A stretch of 64,000 nt of DNA from an uncultured virus (IMG/VR IMGVR_UViG_3300038954_000199) (lineage: Duplodnaviria; Heunggongvirae; Uroviricota; Caudoviricetes), in the IMG/VR virus record IMGVR_UViG_3300038954_000199; one strand, 5' to 3'. Below the pieces are notes generated by a model. The model was not told where the DNA came from. It saw only the letters and a program-made list of their open reading frames with translations, and searched no databases. Position 1 is the first letter of the stretch, and each line of letters begins with the position of its first letter. Both the position numbers and the translations under genes were made by a program. Shown here piece after piece: positions 17,711 through 27,804 of this stretch.

Positions 17711-19834
17711 ATGATGCGTGGAGTAATTGACTTAGATTCTGCATTTGAAAAATACCACGGTTTACAAACACCTCGTTCGAAAAAGAAAGTGAGGACTTCC
17801 AATAAACCGTCAGGACCGTGTGATATTGAAAGTCATCGTGAAAAAATACAAGATCCCTCCAAAGCTGAGTGGGTCGAAGAGCCAATAGGATTTAAGACTT
17901 TTTGTGAAGACAAAGAGCATATGGATCTGTTACCTAAAAATTGGGAAGATGATAAAAGCGGTGATGGAGCGTTATCTAAACGTCAATACAAAGATTGTAT
18001 GGCAATTTTAGGAGATGATCCTAAAAAAATGTTTGATCCTGCGACTCGTAAATATGTATTTGGATGTTTTTTATGGTCGAAAGGATCTGGTAAAGATTAT
18101 GTTTGTTCAATACTACACGCTTATATTGTTTATATTATTCTGTGTCTAAGAAATCCGCAAGATTTTTTTGGATTTGCTCCAGGTGAAGCTTGCGATATTC
18201 TTAATGTCGGTAAAAAAGGTCAACAAGCTGAAAGAGTTTATTTTAATAAATTTAGATCTAGGATTTTAAACTGGAAGTGGATGCTTAAAAGATACAATGT
18301 GACAGATGAAGGTAAGCGGGCAAATTTTCTTGGTAGGGATTATCCATATTGTAAAATAGGTACTCGTTCTGCGGAGTGGTCCGATAAAAATGTTCGTGCG
18401 TTTGCAGAAAATTCTGGTAATCCTCAAGCATTTGAAGGATATAATATTATTTTTTATATCTGTGATGAGATATCTGGCTGGATGTCAGATAAAGAAAGAA
18501 CAAAAGCATCTGAAATACTAAGTATTTTACGAACGTCTCAAGGTTCTCGAAATACAAAGACGCTTACAGGTTTAGGAATGGCTATTTCGTATCCTAGACA
18601 AGATGATGATATAATGTTTAAACTCGAAAAAGAAGCCCAAGAAGACGGTTCTACAATGTATTTTTCAAAGGCGTACCAATGGGAAGTGAAACCAAAACGT
18701 TTTTATAGTGGCAATACGTTTAAATTTAATGCTGGTACTGAAGACAAAGAAGATTGGTTTGATATTCCGGTAGAACTGGATAAAGGCTTTTTTGAAAGTA
18801 ATCCTGAAAAAGCTAAAATGATCTATCTTCTTATCCCACCTGCTGTACAGGGAGCATTTTTTGAATATGTTGAAAAAATAGAGGCGGTGTCGTATCCGGG
18901 ACAAACCAGATTATTTAAGACAGAAACAGAATACATTCCAAGCAAAGATGGTAAAGGTAATAGTATATATTATGTGCGTGAAAAAGTAGTTGGGTTAAAT
19001 AAACAACCTGATACGTCGGTAGATTACGTTGCTTGGATAGATGCGGGTGAGACAACGTGTGACGCATCTTTGTCTATTGGCCATTATGCATTAATAACTG
19101 TTGAAGAAGGATCCGAAAAACGAGATGTGCCTGCTGTAATATTAGATGATACGCTAGTGTGGGAACCGGATAAACAAAAAAGACGAATTGTTGATATTGG
19201 TAGTATGACTGCTGCATGTATTGATATGTTACGGTATATTGATTTAAAAGCGGTGTGGTGGGATCAATGGAACTCTGGTACAGGCGTATTTGACCTTCGA
19301 AATGCAGGTATTACGTGCGATAGACATAATTTAGGAGGTTCAGATTACGACTTTTTTAAGTCAATTATATATTCTAACAGGTTTATTGCTCCTGAAATGC
19401 CAGAAACCGATAAAGCCATTGGTCAAATAAAACATTTAATTCGAACACGAACAGGAAATGCAGATACCGGTAGTCCAAATTATAAAAAAGACGTTGCTGA
19501 TACGTGGTGCGGTATTACAACTCTTATTTTAGGTGCTCTATCGTCTAATCTGAATCTTAGAATGGGTAGAGCACCAATATCAATTACAGGAGGTAGATCG
19601 ACTGGTACAAGTGCTCCCAATTCCCATCTATCAGGTAAAAGAAACAACCCCTTTAGTAGTGGAAATTTAGGAAAACAGATAATATCCAATAAACCCGTTT
19701 CTAATCATAACGATATGTTTCCAGGATTGGGTCCATTAGGTGGAAAAAGTCGGTCTATGGTTTCAAATAGATTGAAGAAAACATCCCCAAGTACACCAAG
19801 ACAGAGTAAATTTCCACGTGGCCGTAGGCTTTAA
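17711..19834 (+). CDS. terL: Terminase large subunit
   Basis: Walker A KGSGKD, Walker B YICDE, nuclease WIDAG...WWDQWNS...KDVAD. Confidence 0.85.
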   Translation: MMRGVIDLDSAFEKYHGLQTPRSKKKVRTSNKPSGPCDIESHREKIQDPSKAEWVEEPIGFKTFCEDKEHMDLLPKNWEDDKSGDGALSKRQYKDCMAILGDDPKKMFDPATRKYVFGCFLWSKGSGKDYVCSILHAYIVYIILCLRNPQDFFGFAPGEACDILNVGKKGQQAERVYFNKFRSRILNWKWMLKRYNVTDEGKRANFLGRDYPYCKIGTRSAEWSDKNVRAFAENSGNPQAFEGYNIIFYICDEISGWMSDKERTKASEILSILRTSQGSRNTKTLTGLGMAISYPRQDDDIMFKLEKEAQEDGSTMYFSKAYQWEVKPKRFYSGNTFKFNAGTEDKEDWFDIPVELDKGFFESNPEKAKMIYLLIPPAVQGAFFEYVEKIEAVSYPGQTRLFKTETEYIPSKDGKGNSIYYVREKVVGLNKQPDTSVDYVAWIDAGETTCDASLSIGHYALITVEEGSEKRDVPAVILDDTLVWEPDKQKRRIVDIGSMTAACIDMLRYIDLKAVWWDQWNSGTGVFDLRNAGITCDRHNLGGSDYDFFKSIIYSNRFIAPEMPETDKAIGQIKHLIRTRTGNADTGSPNYKKDVADTWCGITTLILGALSSNLNLRMGRAPISITGGRSTGTSAPNSHLSGKRNNPFSSGNLGKQIISNKPVSNHNDMFPGLGPLGGKSRSMVSNRLKKTSPSTPRQSKFPRGRRL

Positions 19835-19837
19835 TGT

Positions 19838-19867
19838 AAAACGCCCTCCTAAATAGAAGGGCGTTTA
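19838..19867. terminator. Bidirectional intrinsic terminator between convergent terL and DUF932 genes
   Basis: AAACGCCCT...AGGGCGTTT stem flanked by A/T runs. Confidence 0.7.
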
Positions 19868-19890
19868 GAAAAAGTGATATCTTATGTTGA

Positions 19891-20853
19891 CTAGCTTAGG
19901 CTGAGAATGGAATCTAAAGCTGTCTGCTTGAGTTTAGCCGCAGTCGTGAACATAATTGAGGACATTCTACGATTTGCGTCTTTTGATACGCTTCTGCTCT
20001 CGTGGTCGGCATATTGACAGACAGCATTATACAGGCTCCAAGCAGTCCTTTGCATTCCTTCAAGATTGTTTTTGGGATCGTTTTCGAAGTCATTAATAAC
20101 ACAATCAATAGCTTTCTGTTGTTGACCGGTCTCACCTTTTTCCTTATCCACTTTGAAAACTTCATTACACACTTCGTCTACCATCTTTTTGGTGGTAGAA
20201 ATCTGGTGTAACCGTTCAACAATTGCTTCGAAATCAGAATAGTATCTGTGAGCCAGTCCCAACGCATCCTGGGCATATTGTATTTTGGAGGTGACGTTTC
20301 CAATATGCCGGATGGAAACACTTTCAGTTTGCCTGCCCAGGCTTGCTATAAGTGTGTTGTTACAAACAACACGGATAGGAGTAAAGTACATTCTAAGAGC
20401 GGTTGAGCCATCATGGGAATTTACGAGCGTAAGATATTGTTCAATCTTGTCATCTTTCCCAGCGATAATCTCTTTGGGAAGTTTAGCTACCAAAAAAATA
20501 CGTTTTCCCTCGAAGATGGATCCGGCGGTTTCGTAGTATGCTCCGCCCGTACCAATTACTGAGTCAAAGAAGGCAAAGGCATCTGTGTTCTGTACAGGTT
20601 CGTAGTTTTTTGACATGACACTAAGAACTTTTGAATTGTCATTACGGACAATTGCCCGGTGGTTTGGTACATCCACACCATCGACGGTGATAAGTTCTCG
20701 ATTAGACACTTCCCAATCTAAGTGTGCTGCTGTAATAGCTTCTTCGGCGGTAGCCGGTTTATCCAGTTTTTGTCCAAGACCATGCCATGGTTTTTTACCA
20801 GCATAGAAAAATTCTACTTCGCCGTTCATGTTTTGAGTTAGTTCGTGAGACAT
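19891..20853 (-). CDS. DUF932 / TIGR03299 phage-plasmid-like protein
   Basis: PWHGLG, AAHLDWEV, YEPVQN.DAFAFFD, NSHDGS, TPIRVVCNNTL, TAWSLYNAV; AAGGAG SD. Confidence 0.9.
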   Translation of the reverse strand: MSHELTQNMNGEVEFFYAGKKPWHGLGQKLDKPATAEEAITAAHLDWEVSNRELITVDGVDVPNHRAIVRNDNSKVLSVMSKNYEPVQNTDAFAFFDSVIGTGGAYYETAGSIFEGKRIFLVAKLPKEIIAGKDDKIEQYLTLVNSHDGSTALRMYFTPIRVVCNNTLIASLGRQTESVSIRHIGNVTSKIQYAQDALGLAHRYYSDFEAIVERLHQISTTKKMVDEVCNEVFKVDKEKGETGQQQKAIDCVINDFENDPKNNLEGMQRTAWSLYNAVCQYADHESRSVSKDANRRMSSIMFTTAAKLKQTALDSILSLS

Positions 20854-20867
20854 TGTTTCTCCTTTAA

Positions 20868-21053
20868 TTATGATGTTTTCCACACAGCGCCGCATTCTTG
20901 GCACTGTGCACCGACTACGCCGTAATCGTCTCTGATTACGACGTTCCTGCCGCGAGATCCCATCACGACAGAATCACCCCCGATGTCCTCGGGGATCGTG
21001 GTTGTCGTTGCGGGCATCCCGCAACGGTCGCAGTCGGGATACGTTCTTTCCAT
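20868..21053 (-). CDS. Small zinc-ribbon protein
   Basis: CDRC...CQEC; AAGGAG SD; GC-richer than flanks. Confidence 0.65.
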   Translation of the reverse strand: MERTYPDCDRCGMPATTTTIPEDIGGDSVVMGSRGRNVVIRDDYGVVGAQCQECGAVWKTS

Positions 21054-21137
21054 GATATTCTCCTTTGTTTTGCCCCCTGCCTGGGACCGGGGACGGTTTG
21101 TATGTGGCCGGTTATAGTTATCCGTCAACATACCAAT

Positions 21138-21166
21138 AATATAATATACACACCTATAAAGTGCAA
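21138..21166 (-). promoter_or_regulatory. Sigma70-type (early) promoter
   Basis: Minus strand TTGCAC-N17-TATATT with A/T-rich upstream region. Confidence 0.65.
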
Positions 21167-21263
21167 GCACTTTTTTTACTATTTTTAATTATTAATTTTA
21201 ACAGTATGTGCATTAAAACTAATGTAAAAAATAACATAAAAAACTGACTTGTTTAGTGTTTTT

Positions 21264-21282
21264 CTTCTATACTCAATTTAAT
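21264..21282 (+). promoter_or_regulatory. Putative late promoter motif, copy 1
   Basis: CTTCTATACTCAATTTAAT; matches 40544 and 58724. Confidence 0.6.
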
Positions 21283-21324
21283 AGTAAACATTTGTTGAAT
21301 AGGAACTTTTTAGAAAGGATAAAT

Positions 21325-21906
21325 ATGTCTGACCAGAAGTTTGATAACCAGGCTGATCGTAACGAAAAAGATGCACAAATTAATAAATCTGAAGAACTTA
21401 ATGTAAGCTCTGATTTTGTGCAATCAGGATCTCAAAAGGTATACGATCCTGGAGAATCTGTAGTTAATAAAATGAACCGTGAACGTGCGGTATTTAACGT
21501 TCGGGAGTTTTTTCAAGATTTATACGAAAACTGGTTGATGGCGGTAGAGCGAAACGAAGACCGAGTATTGCCAAGCGGTATTGTTATGAAATGGGATATG
21601 TCTACTACTTTTGGTGACTTTATGAGAGATGCGTTAGATAATGTTAATCGTCAGATAGAATCTGTTAAGTTTGCTAAACGGGAAAAACCGCATAAAATAA
21701 GTTCTACGGGTGGTGATTTCTTTTTATCTGAGGCTAAAATTGATCCTGGGTCAAGTGCTGTCACTAAGGATTTTAGTGCAGAAGACTATGATGCCTTGTA
21801 CGAAATTTTAAGTAAAACAAAAGAGTCTATTCGTAATTATCTTAATGGAAATTTAAAAGTAATCATAAATGAAAAAACAGGCGTAGTCCGAACTTGCGAG
21901 GCGTAA
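21325..21906 (+). CDS. Hypothetical protein, first gene of the head block
   Basis: GAAAGGA SD before ATG 21325. Confidence 0.65.
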   Translation: MSDQKFDNQADRNEKDAQINKSEELNVSSDFVQSGSQKVYDPGESVVNKMNRERAVFNVREFFQDLYENWLMAVERNEDRVLPSGIVMKWDMSTTFGDFMRDALDNVNRQIESVKFAKREKPHKISSTGGDFFLSEAKIDPGSSAVTKDFSAEDYDALYEILSKTKESIRNYLNGNLKVIINEKTGVVRTCEA

Positions 21907-21908
21907 AT

Positions 21909-22376
21909 ATGTCAAAACACACTAAGTTAACGGGTAAAGACCTTTCAATGAAGTCACAATTGACGCAGTACAAAAAAATAGGTGGTCGGATTGTAGAACA
22001 ACCGGTTCATCTTGATAATTCTGATGATGATTCGTTTTTAGATGAACTATTAAATGGTCAAGAAGCCATATCTCCCTTAGAAATTGAAGAAGGTAGAGAG
22101 AATCTGATTACGGAAAATCCCGCTATGGCTTCTGCATCTATCCATGATCTTATGAATAGTGCTTCTGATATGAATTTCGATGATTTTAATAACCCTAAAC
22201 GAATGGCTAGTTCAAAACGTGTAGGTAAACTTGCTGATGATCAGGGAGAAACCTTGAGCTTTAAACGTTCACAAGGAAGTATTGAATTAACTACAGACGA
22301 AGGTGAAGTGATTGAAGTTTTGTCTTCGAGAGAGTTCGATTATTTATTAGATACCGGAGAATATAGAGTTCTTTAA
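21909..22376 (+). CDS. Hypothetical acidic protein
   Basis: ORF; contains SSKRVGKLA linker-like motif. Confidence 0.6.
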   Translation: MSKHTKLTGKDLSMKSQLTQYKKIGGRIVEQPVHLDNSDDDSFLDELLNGQEAISPLEIEEGRENLITENPAMASASIHDLMNSASDMNFDDFNNPKRMASSKRVGKLADDQGETLSFKRSQGSIELTTDEGEVIEVLSSREFDYLLDTGEYRVL

Positions 22377-22390
22377 TAAAAGGGGTAGAG

Positions 22391-25300
22391 ATGTTTCTTA
22401 GAGAAAATTCCAGCGCCCATACCGAATTATATAATAAAAATGGTATGGAAGTATATGTAACGAAATCTGGACGATTTGAAGTTAATTGTGGGCGTACTCA
22501 TACTTATGCACATAGTTTATCGGATGTAAAAGAAAAGATAAACTCTTTGGATTTAAATACCTTTCCTGGATCAGGTGATGAAGTGATATCGGATATAAAG
22601 AAAAGGTTGGGTTCACAATATCGTCTTGAAATAAAGTCTTCATTAGATAAAAAAGACGAGACGGTTTTTTCTGCTGAAGGGTCTAAGGATCATTTGATTG
22701 ATAAAATGGCCGGAACAACAGGATTAGATATTAACGAGATGAAACCGGGCACAAAATATTCTATGACAAATAATATGTATGGGGGTCAATATGCAGTATT
22801 GGTTCCTATGGATTCTGTTTTACCGGAAATGAGTCCCTCTTTTGAGCCTCAGTACTATGAGCCACAACCTCTTTCAAAAGGGATGGTTTTGTGGGGGATT
22901 GACCCGGCTTCAGAAAATGTATTTAGTGTTATTGTTGACTATGCTTTTCCGAACGGTACGTTTAGAGATACCGCGTCTAAAATATGGTCTACCGATGATA
23001 TAGAATTATTTCAACTGACGGTTGGTGAGCCTTCTCCGTTAGAGGAAGATTTTAATGATCCTGAAGATTCTCTGTATGATTCTGATGACATCCCATCATA
23101 CAATCCGGTTGGTGATGTTGGGGATTTGGCACCTAACATACAGGATCTTAAGAATTACGATTCAATTATGACGGCTTCTGCTGGTATACTCTCAGATTTT
23201 ATGAAATCTGCTAAAAAATCTGCCTTCATTGATAGGAGTTCTTTAAATAAAGTTAAAGTGTCCGGTATAAACGATGAAGGTCAGGCAACAGACGGTGAGA
23301 TTGAATGGAACGTTAGGATCGGTTCTCCAAAATATAAACGGTCTTCCCAGATAACGATTCCTATGATTATGACCGAAGGTAGTATCGATCTTGGTGAGGA
23401 ATTTATAACGTCTACCGGACAAAAATATCCTTTGACAGTAGAAGCTATTAAAGAACATTTGGGTGACCTGGCTGATGATATTTTTTCTGAAAATCCTAAG
23501 AGGTATAATTCGAAATTTGTATCTACTCTTAAAGCAGATAAAGATGTTGACAATTTGTTGCGGGGTATTGATAAAAAAACGTCAGCTTCCAAGAAAACAG
23601 AAGATGTAAAAGATCCTATTTGGATGGGGGTAACTTTAAACTCAGAAGATTTTAATAGTATATCTCTAATACCTTTTAATAACGAAATGGCTTATCAACA
23701 GTATAAGGAAACCTTAGAAGGTGCTTCTGATAGTAAGGTTTTTGGAATTGATGATTATGGTTCTGCAACATTAGAAGAAGTAAAAGAATACTACTCTGGA
23801 AAATATTCTAATGTTTATGTTGAAAAACCAAATGTTAATATAAAAACTGTTTATGATAAGCTTATGAAATCGGGTTCTAAGAAAAACGCTGAATATATTA
23901 CTGATTATAAACCAGGCGATGAACTTTATGAAGTTACTTTAGACATGGATGGGATGGTAGAACCAGTCCCATTAAATGAAGATGGTGCGGTGTACGTTAG
24001 TACTTTGGAAGAAGCTGTTTCTGAATATAATAAACTTAAGGAAGACTTGGAAACCAATGAAGGTCTTGGTATTTCTAAATTGTTGGTAGATGAAGGTGGT
24101 CATGTTCAGGTTGTGGAAGATGTCAATCCGTCTACCAAAACTAGTACTAAGAAAAACTTGTCTTCAGAAGATTCAGATGAAGGCTTATCAAGTTCTAATA
24201 TTATGGATAATCTTCCTAAAGACTTAACACTGCTTACTGATGAACAACATGAGGCTGTCGTTGACTACTTAAGTAACTTGTCACTTGGAGAACTACGTAA
24301 ACGCCAAGATATTGTGAAACAGCAACGTGAACAAGCATTAAAACAAGGTAATGATCAAGCACTTAGTAACTTTAGTATTAAGGAACAACATCTTATTAGT
24401 GCAATAGATCAAAAAGAGTTTGGTAAAGAATCTTCAAAAGAAATCAGCGCTAAAGTGGAAGATGATTATGATTCGATTTATGGACAATATGATGATGATG
24501 GTAACATTGTTTTATTGTATGAATCGGACGGTACTCCGGTTACTAGATTAGATGCCAATATTTATCCTGTTGGTAGTGATCTTTCTACCCGATACGAGCA
24601 TCCAGAAGGTATTCATATAACAAAAGAAGATGCTTATAAGATTGGGTTAGAAATAAAGTCTTCCAAGAAAACTGCCGGGATTATTGAAGCCGAAACTTTA
24701 GACGAACTTGCCAAAGCCATTTCAGAGGAATATGTTGTAGATTTTGATGATTCTTACAAGGTACAAGATCCTGGTAAGTTTGAAGGAGAACGGATAGCTA
24801 CGATGTATTATTATGATGCTTATATGAATGGCGATTTTGGGGAGGACTCTTTTAATTTTGGTGAGGGAGGCGCATTTTACTTTTACGAAGTTGAATCTAA
24901 AGAATCAAATTTGTTTGAGTCTGATAAACCATATTTTATGCTTTATTTTACGTCAAGCGGTTTTGTACATGGTGACTTTGTGGGGGAAGATAAACTCAAA
25001 AGTGTGCAAGAAGAATATGGGTCCTATGCTGAAGAAGATTTTGACGAATATAATACCGATGTAGAATCTTCCAAGAAAACATCTGGTGAAATCCCTGGAA
25101 AACCTGATGGGACGGGACCATTTTATATGGAAGGAGACAATCCTGGAAAAGGTGCTAGAGGACAGGGTAATTCGGATAACTGTCCGTTGAAGGTTGAAGA
25201 TGCAGAAGAGTCTAATGCAATAACTGAAGGGTCTAATAAACTAATTGGACTTACTTCAGATGAATTATCCGATGTTAGAGATAACCCTAGAGAGTATGGA

Positions 25301-26314
25301 TTGTCTTTAGACATAATAAAGGATATGTCAGATGAAGACCTTGAGCTGTTTTTAGGATCTGATATGTACGATATTGTAACTTATGAAAAAGAACTGACTT
25401 CTAAGAAAGCCACTTCTAATTTGTATGATTCTTATTTTGACTCGGACGGTGATATTATATATAAACTGCCGTTTGACTTTTCTTCTCCTCGGGAATTGTT
25501 ATCAATTGCAAAAGAAAATCCTGAATTAGATGACTTTTTATATTTGGAACTGGGTACAAATTCTGGAGTAGAAAGTAGATCAGGAAATATATTTTGGGGG
25601 GCGGATGTCCAGGATTTTATGAAAAAATCCACTAATAGAACATATAGGGTAAATAGAAAGGGTAGACTTATGAAACAAAAAACTGTGCAAGCTACAGACA
25701 CAAATAAAATTGAGGATATTTATAAAAAACTTAAAGATTCCGGTGTAGAGATGGAAAGTTATCAAAGCGATTTATATGTTCCGGTAAACGAAACGACTAC
25801 AGAAATTTTAGAAGCCTATGAAGTGAAGGACAATGTTTCTACCTTCAGATCTGACATAGATGGTACACGTTGGTACGAGATCCCTTTCGGGTACCTTCCA
25901 TATTGGGAAAAGCGAACAAACAAAAGACTTTACAGTAAAAAAATTAAAGCGGATGAGGAACAACCTTATGGTGCTCCGAAGGCTGGTGAATATACTGCCG
26001 ATGTGGATGATATTATACTTCTTGCCGAAAATGAGAGACAGTTATATGATAGTAAATTGATACCTATGTATAAAAATCTAACCCGGAAAAAGAAACGAGA
26101 TGTATACGATCCGGAGAAGGCACCAAAGTTATTTAGGTATCTGGTAGACGATGCTGCTAATTTATGGTATGACCGGATGGTAGAATGGGCAGATGTTGAC
26201 GGGGATGTTGTTAATAAGGTATCTAAAGAAGTTAAAGAAGAAGCAGCTAAAGAAATGGCAGATCGTTTTGAAGATGTATATGAAAATAAAGAATATTCCT
26301 TTATGGAAGATTGA
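22391..26314 (+). CDS. Large acidic mosaic protein (putative head-packaged polyprotein)
   Basis: About ten modules separated by SSKKTA/SSKKTS/GSKKNA/SKKIKA-type linkers; includes a DUF5320-like PDGTGP module. Confidence 0.65.
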   Translation: MFLRENSSAHTELYNKNGMEVYVTKSGRFEVNCGRTHTYAHSLSDVKEKINSLDLNTFPGSGDEVISDIKKRLGSQYRLEIKSSLDKKDETVFSAEGSKDHLIDKMAGTTGLDINEMKPGTKYSMTNNMYGGQYAVLVPMDSVLPEMSPSFEPQYYEPQPLSKGMVLWGIDPASENVFSVIVDYAFPNGTFRDTASKIWSTDDIELFQLTVGEPSPLEEDFNDPEDSLYDSDDIPSYNPVGDVGDLAPNIQDLKNYDSIMTASAGILSDFMKSAKKSAFIDRSSLNKVKVSGINDEGQATDGEIEWNVRIGSPKYKRSSQITIPMIMTEGSIDLGEEFITSTGQKYPLTVEAIKEHLGDLADDIFSENPKRYNSKFVSTLKADKDVDNLLRGIDKKTSASKKTEDVKDPIWMGVTLNSEDFNSISLIPFNNEMAYQQYKETLEGASDSKVFGIDDYGSATLEEVKEYYSGKYSNVYVEKPNVNIKTVYDKLMKSGSKKNAEYITDYKPGDELYEVTLDMDGMVEPVPLNEDGAVYVSTLEEAVSEYNKLKEDLETNEGLGISKLLVDEGGHVQVVEDVNPSTKTSTKKNLSSEDSDEGLSSSNIMDNLPKDLTLLTDEQHEAVVDYLSNLSLGELRKRQDIVKQQREQALKQGNDQALSNFSIKEQHLISAIDQKEFGKESSKEISAKVEDDYDSIYGQYDDDGNIVLLYESDGTPVTRLDANIYPVGSDLSTRYEHPEGIHITKEDAYKIGLEIKSSKKTAGIIEAETLDELAKAISEEYVVDFDDSYKVQDPGKFEGERIATMYYYDAYMNGDFGEDSFNFGEGGAFYFYEVESKESNLFESDKPYFMLYFTSSGFVHGDFVGEDKLKSVQEEYGSYAEEDFDEYNTDVESSKKTSGEIPGKPDGTGPFYMEGDNPGKGARGQGNSDNCPLKVEDAEESNAITEGSNKLIGLTSDELSDVRDNPREYGLSLDIIKDMSDEDLELFLGSDMYDIVTYEKELTSKKATSNLYDSYFDSDGDIIYKLPFDFSSPRELLSIAKENPELDDFLYLELGTNSGVESRSGNIFWGADVQDFMKKSTNRTYRVNRKGRLMKQKTVQATDTNKIEDIYKKLKDSGVEMESYQSDLYVPVNETTTEILEAYEVKDNVSTFRSDIDGTRWYEIPFGYLPYWEKRTNKRLYSKKIKADEEQPYGAPKAGEYTADVDDIILLAENERQLYDSKLIPMYKNLTRKKKRDVYDPEKAPKLFRYLVDDAANLWYDRMVEWADVDGDVVNKVSKEVKEEAAKEMADRFEDVYENKEYSFMED

Positions 26315-26317
26315 AAC

Positions 26318-26578
26318 ATGTCAAGTTGTGAACCGAGGTCAAGATCTGTTTTGGTTTCTATAAATACTATAAAACAGTCATTAGCATGGGAAGGTAAGCT
26401 TTTATTAGCTAACCGGTTTCTACGCTGGTTGGATAATAAACAAATTGTGGACCCATCTTTTAATCTAACTCATAAAGAACTTTCAAAGTGGTTGATTGAC
26501 AACGGCTACCCGGAAAGTTACGTTGAGGATGTGTGGGGAATTGTAGAAGACAAACTAAGCTGTTTAGAACCGGCTTAA
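26318..26578 (+). CDS. Hypothetical protein
   Basis: ORF in operon. Confidence 0.55.
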   Translation: MSSCEPRSRSVLVSINTIKQSLAWEGKLLLANRFLRWLDNKQIVDPSFNLTHKELSKWLIDNGYPESYVEDVWGIVEDKLSCLEPA

Positions 26579-26591
26579 GAAAGGTAAAATC

Positions 26592-27116
26592 ATGAAAAAG
26601 AAGGCTATGGATAAAGAAGATATCTACCAATTAGGGTTAGAAGCTGGTAGACAAGCTGCGGAATCAGTAAGGGATGTTAATCCGGCAGTTGAGGATAATA
26701 AGGATTTGTGGGTTGAACAGGCAATAGAAACTGAAGAGGACACCAGAAATTTTTCTCCTGTAGAATTTATGGGTACAGAAGAAGGGTCTGAATTTAGTTC
26801 TTATGAACATTTGGATGAATATGAGCGTGGCGTATCTGATGGTATTCATACAATTATTTTTGGTGAAAAAGTTCGTGTTTCTACTAAAAAATACTCTGAT
26901 TATACGCTAGAGGAACAAGACCAAGTGGCTGATGAAATGTACTCAAAACATCCTGTTTTGCGTATTGATACTTATGTAAAAGAGCTTAGAAAACTGATTG
27001 ATAAAGCCCGGAATATTCCTGTTGACGACCCTCTAATTGAAACACCTTCCGGAGAAGAAGCAAGAGAAGATGCGTTATATTTGTTAAATCGTGCTATTGA
27101 GAGACTTAATAAATAA
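26592..27116 (+). CDS. Acidic two-module protein with MKKKA leader
   Basis: MKKKA/MDKED and STKKYS/DYT linkers. Confidence 0.6.
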   Translation: MKKKAMDKEDIYQLGLEAGRQAAESVRDVNPAVEDNKDLWVEQAIETEEDTRNFSPVEFMGTEEGSEFSSYEHLDEYERGVSDGIHTIIFGEKVRVSTKKYSDYTLEEQDQVADEMYSKHPVLRIDTYVKELRKLIDKARNIPVDDPLIETPSGEEAREDALYLLNRAIERLNK

Positions 27117-27129
27117 ATTATAACTATTT

Positions 27130-27753
27130 ATGTTAATAAATACACAAATAAATAAAGAAGCTGTCTCGTCTATTTTAGATTGTGCTAAAGAGTGTAGGGA
27201 ACACAATAATGTATATGGTGTCAAAAGAACTCAGTATGGCACAGTAGTTGATATTAATGACTATAAGAATGACAGGGGCCTTGATCTTATGAACCTTATT
27301 TATTCTTATAGTGAACAAGAAGCTGTCGAGGATTTAAAGCAATTTGATTTTGGTACTTATTCTGAAATTAACGAGGAGCCAAAATATTATGGGTTAGATG
27401 GGTTTAAGATCTATATAGATGAAGATGAAGAATATGTATTAACTTATAAGAATGAGCCGTTTCACAAACATGTTGTCCTTGAACGGATTATCAAAGGAGA
27501 GGGAATGTTTGATCAATACGGCGAGGAAATACCACGGGATTTAGTTACTATACCAAAAATAGAAGAAGTGGGTGAGGAGAAAGCACAGAAGTTATTAAAA
27601 CTTAATTGGTATCTTGTAGATGGTATTCCATATACGGCTTATTCTTATGCTCCTGATATCTTATCTGATGAGGATCCTATTGATCCTGAACTTCTCGAAA
27701 AGGAGATTGTACGAACAACTCCTGCAAGATATTTTGCTGAAGATTTTAGCTAA
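27130..27753 (+). CDS. Hypothetical acidic protein
   Basis: ORF; INKEA near N-terminus. Confidence 0.6.
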   Translation: MLINTQINKEAVSSILDCAKECREHNNVYGVKRTQYGTVVDINDYKNDRGLDLMNLIYSYSEQEAVEDLKQFDFGTYSEINEEPKYYGLDGFKIYIDEDEEYVLTYKNEPFHKHVVLERIIKGEGMFDQYGEEIPRDLVTIPKIEEVGEEKAQKLLKLNWYLVDGIPYTAYSYAPDILSDEDPIDPELLEKEIVRTTPARYFAEDFS

Positions 27754-27804
27754 GGAACACTTTAAAATGTTATTAAAGAACTTAATCGGTTTAAGGAGTT
27801 TGCA

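Noticed and set aside
17711..19834. Intein or intron in the terminase
   Set aside because: The ATPase and nuclease motifs are contiguous; the extra length is a low-complexity basic C-terminal tail with no intein or homing-endonuclease motifs.
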